From: Bugula neritina
Lineage: Eukaryota > Animalia > Bryozoa
Assembly: GCA_964035545.1 (NCBI GenBank)
Contig: CAXIUT010000291.1
Location: 1-64,000 of the forward strand
DNA length: 64,000 bases
Direction: 5' to 3'
Position 1 is the first letter of the stretch, and every line of letters begins with the position of its first letter. The position numbers were made by a program, and so were the translations under genes. Below the pieces are notes generated by a model that saw only the letters and a list, made by a program, of their open reading frames with translations, did no database searches and was not told where the DNA came from. Positions 51,594-61,100 of this stretch are shown here, piece after piece.

Positions 51594-51876
51594 GATTTTC
51601 CTCCGGTTTTATTGGTTATAGCGCACAGTGGTGGCGCTGTTTTATTACTGTTGAAGTCGGAGACTTCAATGCTTGTGGGGTGTATGCCCTACATAGCGAG
51701 TTAGTCTATGTGTCAAGATACGTGTTTTTGTGGGATTCGCCAAATTTTGTGGTGAGGTAGTGAAATACGGTACTGGTGGTAGCACAAAGACAGGTATTGT
51801 AGCTAAGATCAATTAATTGACTTTAGTTTTGTTGTTGCTATAGTTAAGGTCAACTAATTGATCTTATTGGCTCTCT

Positions 51877-53301
51877 ATGCTTTCAATATCCCCCAAAGAA
51901 ATCGTAACCCGCTTATATTTTGATAATCCGTGGTGGGAGAGCGGTGCCGTGGAAGACCGGTATCAACAGTACCCGAAGCGCTTTTATTTCGACCCTTTTT
52001 ATCAGCTGGTTAAAGAGCGATCCATTAATAGGGCAGCTGTGTTGATGGGGCCAAGAAGGGTGGGCAAAACAGTTATGGTTTATCATGCCATTGACCAGTT
52101 AATTAGCGAAGGTATACCGCCGAAAAATATCCTGTATGTCTCACTGGAGACGCCGATCTATACCGGTTTGTCGCTGGAAAAAATCATCAACATCTTCCAG
52201 GAGGTGTTCGCTCACCAAAGAGGGGACTCATTATTCATCGTCTTTGACGAAATTCAGTATCTTTCCGGTTGGGAAGTACATTTGAAGTCCCTGGTTGATT
52301 CTTATCCTTCTTATAAATACGTTGCGACCGGTTCTGCGGCGGCTGCCCTAAAGCTTAAAAGTGAGGAGTCGGGGGCCGGACGTTTTACGGATTTTCTACT
52401 CCCGCCCCTCACGTTCGCGGAGTACATTTTCTTTATTGAAAAACAGGAACTCTTTGTTTTAGATGAAGAGCATGGTGGCTATGCTGCGGTTGATATTGAA
52501 GAGGCAAATCATGAGTTTATTAACTACCTTAACTATGGCGGCTACCCTGAGGCGGTATTCTCCAGTGTGATTCAGGGCGATAGCTCAAGGTACATCAAAA
52601 GCGATATTATTGATAAGGTGTTGTTGCGTGACTTGCCCAGCTTGTATGGCATAAATGATGTTCAGGAGTTGAATAAGCTATTTAATGTCATCGCATACAA
52701 TACCGGTAACGAGATCTCACTGGATGCGCTGACGAAGTCTTCCGGCGTGTCGAAAAATACCATCAAAAAGTATATGGAGTATCTGGAAGCTGCGTTTTTA
52801 ATCAAAATTGTGAATCGCGTGGATGTTAACTCCCGTAAATTTAAACGAGCGACCACGTTTAAAGTTTATTTGACGAATCCCACGATGCGGGCGGCTTTGT
52901 TCGGGCCGGTGACCGGTGATCATGAAGCGATGGGCGTGTTGACTGAGACGGCGATTTTTAGTCAGTGGTTGCATAATCAACATCAAACTAATTTGCACTA
53001 TGCCCGCTGGAACAGTGGGGAGGTTGATATGGTTTATGTGTCCGGTGCAAGTCAGCAGCCTGACTGGTGCGTTGAGGTAAAGTGGTCAGACCTTCCCTGT
53101 ACGGATGCAAGAAGGTTGAGGGGGATCCTCGACTTCGCACAAAAGAATAAGCTGTCAGAGGTGAAGGTGACAACGAAAACAATGCGTCAGAACAGTCTGA
53201 TGGATGGCATAAAAGTAAGTTTTTGCCCCAGCGCAGTACATACCTATGCATTGGGTGCTCATGTTCCGGGTAAAAGTGCTTTTGCAGCAGGGGCGATGTG
53301 A
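51877..53301 (+). CDS. AAA_14 ATPase with DUF4143 domain
   Basis: GPRRVGKT, FDEIQY, TGS, GGYPE, EVD...EVKWS. Confidence 0.9.
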   Translation: MLSISPKEIVTRLYFDNPWWESGAVEDRYQQYPKRFYFDPFYQLVKERSINRAAVLMGPRRVGKTVMVYHAIDQLISEGIPPKNILYVSLETPIYTGLSLEKIINIFQEVFAHQRGDSLFIVFDEIQYLSGWEVHLKSLVDSYPSYKYVATGSAAAALKLKSEESGAGRFTDFLLPPLTFAEYIFFIEKQELFVLDEEHGGYAAVDIEEANHEFINYLNYGGYPEAVFSSVIQGDSSRYIKSDIIDKVLLRDLPSLYGINDVQELNKLFNVIAYNTGNEISLDALTKSSGVSKNTIKKYMEYLEAAFLIKIVNRVDVNSRKFKRATTFKVYLTNPTMRAALFGPVTGDHEAMGVLTETAIFSQWLHNQHQTNLHYARWNSGEVDMVYVSGASQQPDWCVEVKWSDLPCTDARRLRGILDFAQKNKLSEVKVTTKTMRQNSLMDGIKVSFCPSAVHTYALGAHVPGKSAFAAGAM

Positions 53302-53391
53302 TTTAGCCCCCATGACACTACATGTTGTTTGCGCTTATCCGTTGGCACGGTGATAATTATCTGCCTCTAATAAATTAAGCTGAGGTGCCCC

Positions 53392-54153
53392 ATGTTTAAG
53401 CATATTCGCGAAGATGTCATGTGCGTCTTTGATCGCGATCCGGCGGCGCGCAATGTCCTTGAGATCATTACCACCAGTCCGGGTATCCACGCCATTATCT
53501 GGCACCGCCTTAATCACTGGCTGTGGGGTAAAGGCTTTAAGTGGCTGGCGCGTTTTCTATCCAATATTCCAAGGTGGTATACCGGGATTGAAATTCACCC
53601 CGGCGCGACTATCGGGCGGCGTTTCTTTATCGATCACGGGATGGGAATTGTGATCGGTGAGACAGCGGAGATCGGCGATGATTGTTCCCTGTATCATGGC
53701 GTCACACTGGGTGGTACCAGCTGGCAGCCGGGTAAGCGCCACCCCACGCTAAAAAACAATGTGGTGGTAGGGGCCGGAGCTAAGGTATTAGGGCCGATTA
53801 CCATTCACGATGGGGCGCGGGTCGGTTCTAATGCGGTGGTAGTGAAAGAGGTACCTAAAAATACCACGGTGGTCGGTGTGCCGGGCAAACAGGTGGTAAA
53901 GAAACCGGCTTTTGCAGATGAGCGACGCGAGGCGATGGCGGAAAAAATTGGCTTTGATGCCTATGGTGCGACGCAGGATATGCCCGATCCGACGGCGAAT
54001 GCGGTGAACCGGATGCTGGATCATATTCATTTGATGGAAGATCGGATGAATAAGATGTGCCAGGAGATTAATCGTCTGAATAGTGAGTTTGATGCCGGGC
54101 CGATGCCGAAGCTGGAAGCGGAACGTATTGTGTGCGAGGCGAGTGAACATTGA
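53392..54153 (+). CDS. cysE: Serine O-acetyltransferase
   Basis: [28 protein letters not shown]. Confidence 0.96.
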   Translation: MFKHIREDVMCVFDRDPAARNVLEIITTSPGIHAIIWHRLNHWLWGKGFKWLARFLSNIPRWYTGIEIHPGATIGRRFFIDHGMGIVIGETAEIGDDCSLYHGVTLGGTSWQPGKRHPTLKNNVVVGAGAKVLGPITIHDGARVGSNAVVVKEVPKNTTVVGVPGKQVVKKPAFADERREAMAEKIGFDAYGATQDMPDPTANAVNRMLDHIHLMEDRMNKMCQEINRLNSEFDAGPMPKLEAERIVCEASEH

Positions 54154-54231
54154 GAGCCGGGCGGTTTTGGGTTGGTAAATTAATAAATTAATGACTGGGT
54201 AATGGTTGAATTTACCCTGCTGGAGGATGTG

Positions 54232-55008
54232 ATGAGTGATACTGAATATACCCCACCGAAAGTTTGGGAGTGGAATGAAGCCAGTGGCGGAAAATGGGCA
54301 GGTGTGAATCGTCCGATTGCCGGGCCAACGCATGAGAAAACGCTACCGGTTGGCGCTAAGCCAATGCAGCTTTATTCATTAGGTACGCCCAATGGTATTA
54401 AGATTACAGTGATGTTGGAGGAGTTGCTGGCGTTGGGGAATGAGGGCGCTGCCTATGATCTGCATATCATCAATATTGGTAAGGGTGAGCAGTTTGGTTC
54501 GGACTTTGTGCGGCTGAATCCAAATTCAAAAATTCCGGTGCTGCTGGATACCTCGAATGCCCCCGATCAGGCTGTGTTTGAGTCCTGCGCTATTCTGAAT
54601 TACCTGGCGGAGAAATTTGGTGCGTTCCTGCCGGAAAGCCCGGTTGAACGGACGGAATGTATATCATGGTTATTCTGGCAGGAGAGCAGTGCCTCGTTTC
54701 TCGGCGGTGGATTCGGCCACTTCTATAGCTATGCGCCGTATCCGATGGAATATCCGATTAATCGCTATGCGATGGAAGCGAAGCGCCAGCTGGATGTGTT
54801 GGATCGGCATTTGGCGGAGCGGGATTATATGTGCGCCGGTGGTTATTCGATTGCTGATATTGCGATTTGGCCGTGGTATGGGCGTTTAGTGCTGGGTGAG
54901 ATTTATGATGCGGCTGAGTTTCTTGATGTGGCGTCGTATAAAAATGTAGTGCGCTGGGCGCGGTCAATTGCGACCCGGCCAGCAGTTAAGGCCGGGGTGG
55001 CGGCTTAA
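54232..55008 (+). CDS. yghU: Glutathione-dependent disulfide-bond oxidoreductase
   Basis: YTPPKVW.W, NRPIAG, YSLGTPNG, LGGGFGHFY. Confidence 0.92.
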   Translation: MSDTEYTPPKVWEWNEASGGKWAGVNRPIAGPTHEKTLPVGAKPMQLYSLGTPNGIKITVMLEELLALGNEGAAYDLHIINIGKGEQFGSDFVRLNPNSKIPVLLDTSNAPDQAVFESCAILNYLAEKFGAFLPESPVERTECISWLFWQESSASFLGGGFGHFYSYAPYPMEYPINRYAMEAKRQLDVLDRHLAERDYMCAGGYSIADIAIWPWYGRLVLGEIYDAAEFLDVASYKNVVRWARSIATRPAVKAGVAA

Positions 55009-55125
55009 GGTTAGCCTTTGCTCTCTTACCCCCACAGAGGGGGGAAGGGAGACAAGCGTTTTTAGTTTTGCAACACCCTCTCACAGAAGGTAGCTGTGGG
55101 CTTTGTGTATAAGCGCTAATAATCG

Positions 55126-58100
55126 CTATTCCACGGTCACCTGATAAGACACAGTGCCCGAAGAACCCGGATTCAGCTTATCATTCACTGTCCACGCCCA
55201 GTCCAGACTGCCATCCGGGTTTTCATTGGTGGTACATAGCGGCAGTTCGGCGGGCTTGTCGGTACATAACATGCTTCCCTGAACGATTTCGGTGAATGCG
55301 GGTATCGCGTCATTAATTACCAGTTCATTAAGCGGGCCATTACCAATATTCCGGTAGCTGATGGTATAGCGCAGGGTTTCGCCCGGTAGAACCACATTAC
55401 CATCAATATTACGTGTCACGTTCCATACTGATTTGACCAAAGCCAGTTTGCCTTCACCAGCAACGGGGTCAGGCGTACCGACCGGGTCAACCACAGGGTC
55501 AACCGGTGGTGCTGTTGTGGTTCCGGCGAGGCTACGGGTAATATTCTGATGGATTTGGCGGTTGTTCGTGAGGCCAAGGGAGTCATCTCCGTAGCTAAAG
55601 TCACTTTGGATGTCGATAACATGCATTGCGCCCGTGGTGGCGTTAGGCGGCGAAACCACCTTAACTAATACACAAACCCGTTGCCCGGCGGTTACATTGA
55701 TACTGGCGGGCATGGCGCTATCGCCATTGGCGCTGCTCAGGCGGCCATCACAGTTAGCGTCTAATAATAGCTGGCGACCCCAGTTTAAGGTGGTGGGGTT
55801 AGCGTTTTCGGCGGCAATAGTGAAGCTGACGCTGCCATCGCTTTGAGCCGTGAAGATATGCGGGTGTAAGATCGCACTGTTCGGCAGGATGGTTTGTTCA
55901 TTATCCAGCTCAAATGCCGGGGGTTTAATGTCGCCAAAGTTGAGGCCGCTGACATGTGTATTGCTAACGGTGAAGGTCACAGAATTATTAGCGGTGGTGG
56001 ACAGATAGCCGCTGGGATCTCTGGCATTCGCCGGGTCACAGTGTTGTGGGTTCGGCGCAGATTCACCGGCAGCTTCATATACCTGGTAATCCCCCGGTAG
56101 TACACGAGTAAACAGATAATCGCCGTTGGCATTAGTACGGGTACTGATACAGGTGTTGCTATTGGTATCGTACAGCACGATAGCGACACCACCGATACCG
56201 GCTTCCGTCGCATCGTTGTTTGTGTTGGCATTGCTATCGTTAAATACCCGGCCACCCACATTAAAGCCACCCGGCTCGACGGTCAGCATATAATCCTCGA
56301 CCTCGCCATCGTTGGCGGCGGTCGTGTGATCCAGTCCCGCCGTGGTTGACCAGCGGAAGCGGGCAAAGGTTGGGTTAGTGATAGCATTAAGTGGTACGGT
56401 GACCGGTATAGTGATAGAGCCATCGGTATCACCATCCTGTAAATCAATGGCAATCTGTTCGCCGCTATCCGTAAAGTCTCCGTCCCCGTTGAAATCAATC
56501 CAGCCTTGCAGGTAGCCGTTTGCACCATTGACGGTGGCTGTGATGTCAGCGCTTTTACCCTGAGTTAGGGTGGGTATATTGATACCATTATCATCATTCG
56601 CACCATCGCTATCATCGCCATCGGCGTTGGGGGATGCCTGGTTGGCACTGTCCGCATCCGGTGTAGTTGAGCCGAGGTAGATGCTACTGATAATGGCGTG
56701 ACTGGCTGCACCATAGGTATTGGTGTTGCTACCGTTGGGTGCTGAGCCTGACACCGGAGCGTCGCCGTAATCAGTGATAATGGTACAAACCGCAGGCACT
56801 TCGAGATTCCGACAGTAATTATTGTCATCAACACCGCCCCAGCCGAAGTTGGTGAATTGGTTAGCGGGTCGGGTTCCGGCTGAATTAGGTAACACGTTAA
56901 ACGGGTCACTATTTTCGATTAGCGCTACTTGTCCCAGACAGGCTCCGGTGTTCTCAAAACTAAATACTTCCTGTTCGACCCCGGTCTGCCAGTTAAAGGC
57001 GGCTGCGTTAGAGGCTGCGAGACTGAAGGACAGATAATCGACACTGGTATCTTCGGGCGGAGCATCTTGCCGTGAGTCGAAGCTCCACGCGGTTCCGGTA
57101 ATGGAACTTTGAATATCCTGTGGGATAAACTGAGAAATTCCGGTTGCCGTAGGAACACGTATTGTCACCTGTCCGGTCGAGCTGAGGTCGGGCGACGGTA
57201 CGCTATTAGGTGTCATAAAGACCCGGTAGCGCCGGTTCACATCGTCCCAGCGAATAGTGTAGTCGAGTTCGCAGCCAGCAGGCTGTACCTCGAAAACCCT
57301 TAAGCTATAATCCTCGACCTCGCCATCACTGGTTGTGGTCGTGTGATCCAGCCCCGCCGTGGTTGACCAGCGGAAGCGGGCAAAGGTCGGATTAGTGGTG
57401 GTGGAAGAGGGCGGCGTGACGTTAAAGGTAATCGTGCCATCGCTGGCGGTTGTATCGTCGGCGTTGCCATCATCCTGTAAATCGGTGGCTACCTGTTCGC
57501 CCGCCTCAAAGGTACCGTTACCATTCCAGTCAATCCAGCCCTGTAGGTAACCACCGGCACCACTAACGGTAGCGGTAATGGTTGCCACCGTACCCTGAGT
57601 GAGGGTCGGGATACTGATACCATCGTCGTCATCCGTGCCATCGTTGTCGTCACCCTCTGCGCTGGGGCTGGCCTGATTGGCACTGTCAGCATCCGGCGCG
57701 GCGCTACCGAGGTAGGTGCTGCTCACGATATTATGACTGGCTTCACCATAACTATTGGTGCTGCTGCCATCCGGCGCTGTGCCTGATACCGGCGCATCAC
57801 CATAATCCATACTACTGGTACAGGCGGCGGGTAGTTCGAGATTCTGGCAGTAGTTATTGTCATTCGCACCGCCCCAGCCCAGATTGGTGAACTGGTTCCC
57901 CGGTCGGTTACCAACTGAATTCGGGGAGATATTAAACGGATCGCTGTCCTCGAACAGTGCTACATCACCGAGACAGGCTCCGCCATTCTCAAAGCTGAAC
58001 ACTTCCTGTTCGACACCGCTCTGCCAGTTAAAAGCACTGGCTGTTGAGGCCGCGAGGCTGAATGACAGGTAATCGGCCGTATTATCTTCGGTTGGTGCGT

Positions 58101-61100
58101 CGGCGCGTGAACTCTGACTCCAGGTGGTACCGGTGATCGGGTTTTGAATATCCTGGGCGACAAAGCGACCAGCTCCGGTGGCGGTGGGTACACGAATGGT
58201 CACCTGACCGGTCATACTGAGGTCAGGCGAAGGCGTCCGGTTCGGCGTCATAAAGACACGGTAGCGCGCATTCGCGGCATCCCAGCGAATAGTGTAGTCG
58301 AGCGCACAACTGTCGGCCTGTGCGGTCACCGTTAAGCGGTAGTCCTCGACCTCGCCATCGCTGGTTGTGGTCGTGTGATCCAGCCCCGCCGTGGTTGACC
58401 AGCGGAAGCGGGCAAAGGTCGGATTAGTGGTCGCGGAAGAGGGCGGCGTGACGTTAAAGGTAATCGTGCCATCACTAGCGGTTGTATCGTCGGCGTTGCC
58501 ATCATCCTGTAAGTCGGTGGCGACCTGTTCGCCCGCATCAAAAGCACCGTTACCATTCCAGTCAATCCAGCCCTGTAGGTAACCACCGGCACCACTCACG
58601 GTAGCGGTAATGGTTGCCACCGTACCCTGAGTTAGCGTCGGGATACTGATACCATCGTCGTCATCCGTGCCATCGTTATCATCACCCTCTGCGCTGGGGC
58701 TGGCCTGATTGGCACTGTCAGCATCCGGCGCGGCGCTACCGAGGTAGGTGCTGCTCACGATATTATGACTGGCTTCACCGTAACTATTGGTGCTGCTGCC
58801 ATCCGGCGCTGTGCCTGATACCGGCGCATCACCATAATCCATACTACTGGTACAGGCGGCGGGTAGTTCCAGATTCTGGCAGTAGTTATTGTCATTTGCA
58901 CCGCCCCAGCCCAGATTGGTGAACTGGTTACCTGGTCGGTTACCAACTGAATTCGGGGAGATATTAAACGGATCGCTGTCCTCGAACAGTGCTACATCAC
59001 CGAGACAGGCTCCGCCATTCTCAAAGCTGAACACTTCCTGTTCAACACCGCTCTGCCAGTTAAAAGCACTGGCTGTTGAGGCTGCGAGGCTGAATGACAG
59101 GTAATCGGCCGTATTATCTTCGGTTGGCGCATCCGCCCGTGAACTCTGACTCCAGGTGGTACCAGTGATCGGGTTTTGAATATCCTGGGCGACAAAGCGA
59201 TCCGCTCCGGTGGCGGTGGGGACGCGTATGGTCACCTGACCGGTCATACTGAGGTCAGGCGAAGGCGTCCGGTTCGGCGTCATAAAGACACGGTAGCGCG
59301 CATTCGCTGCATCCCAGCGAATAGTGTAGTCGAGCGCACAACTGTCGGCCTGTGCGGTCACCGTTAAGCGGTAATCCTCGACCTCGCCATCACTGGCGGC
59401 AGTAGTACTATCCAGCCCCTGTGTCGCGGACCAGCGGAAGCGGGCAAAGGTCGGATTAGTGGTGGCGGAAGAAGGCGGCGTGACGTTAAAGGTAATCGTG
59501 CCATCGCTGGCGGTTGTATCGTCGGCGTTGCCATCATCCTGTAAATCGGTAGCGACCTGTTCGCCCGCCTCAAAAGCACCGTTACCATTCCAGTCAATCC
59601 AGCCCTGTAGGTAGCCGCCGGCACCACTAACGGTAGCGGTAATAGTAGCCACCGTATCCTGAGTTAGCGTCGGGATATTGATACCATCATCGTCATTCGT
59701 ACCATCGTTGTCGTCACCCTCCGCGCTGGGGCTGGCCTGATTAGCACTGTCAGCATCCGGCGCGGCGCTACCGAGGTAGGTGCTGCTCACGATATTATGA
59801 CTGGCTTCACCATAACTATTGGTGCTGCTGCCATCCGGCGCTGTGCCTGATACCGGCGCATCACCATAATCCATGCTGCTGCTACAAGCGGCGGGTAGTT
59901 CCAGATTCTGGCAGTAGTTATTGTCATTTGCACCGCCCCAGCCCAGATTGGTGAACTGGTTACCCGGTCGGTTACCGACTGAATTCGGGGAGATATTAAA
60001 CGGATCGCTGTCCTCGAACAGTGCCACATCACCGAGACAGGCTCCGCCATTCTCAAAGCTGAACACTTCCTGTTCGACACCGCTCTGCCAGTTAAAAGCA
60101 CTGGCTGTTGAGGCCGCGAGGCTGAATGACAGGTAATCGGCCGTATTATCTTCGGTTGGTGCGTCGGCGCGTGAACTCTGGCTCCAGGTGGTACCGGTGA
60201 TCGGGTTTTGAATATCCTGGGCGACAAAGCGATCCGCTCCGGTGGCGGTGGGTACACGAATGGTCACCTGACCGGTCATACTGAGGTCGGGCGAAGGCGT
60301 CCGGTTCGGCGTCATAAAGACACGGTAGCGCGCATTCGCTGCATCCCAGCGAATAGTGTAGTCGAGCGCACAACTGTCGGCCTGTGCGGTCACAGTTAAG
60401 CGGTAATCCTCGACCTCGCCATCACTGGCGGCAGTAGTACTATCCAGCCCCTGTGTCGCGGACCAGCGGAAGCGGGCAAAGGTCGGATTAGTGGTGGTGG
60501 AAGAAGGCGGCGTGACGTTAAAGGTAATCGTGCCATCGCTGGCGGTTGTATCGTCGGCGTTGCCATCATCCTGTAAATCGGTAGCGACCTGTTCGCCCGC
60601 ATCAAAGGTACCGTTACCATTCCAGTCAATCCAGCCCTGTAGGTAACCACCAGCACCACTCACCGTAGCGGTAATAGTAGCCACCGTACCCTGAGTTAGC
60701 GTCGGGATACTGATACCATCATCATCATTCGTACCATCGTTATCATCACCCTCTGCGCTGGGGCTGGCCTGATTGGCACTGTCAGCATCCGGCGCGGCAC
60801 TACCGAGATAGGTGCTACTTACGATAGTGTGACTGGCTTCACCATAACTATTAGTACTACTGCCATCCGGCGCTGTGCCTGATACCGGCGCATCACCATA
60901 ATCCACGCTGCTGCTACAGGCGGCGGGTAGTTCCAGATTCTGGCAGTAGTTATTGGCGCTAAATGCGCCCCAGCCCAAATTAGTGAACTGGTTGCCTGGT
61001 CGGTTGCCGGCTGAATTTGGGAAGACATTAAACGGATCACTGTTCTCTAGCAGTGCCACATCACCGAGGCAGGCTCCGCCATTTTCGAAGCTGAACACTT

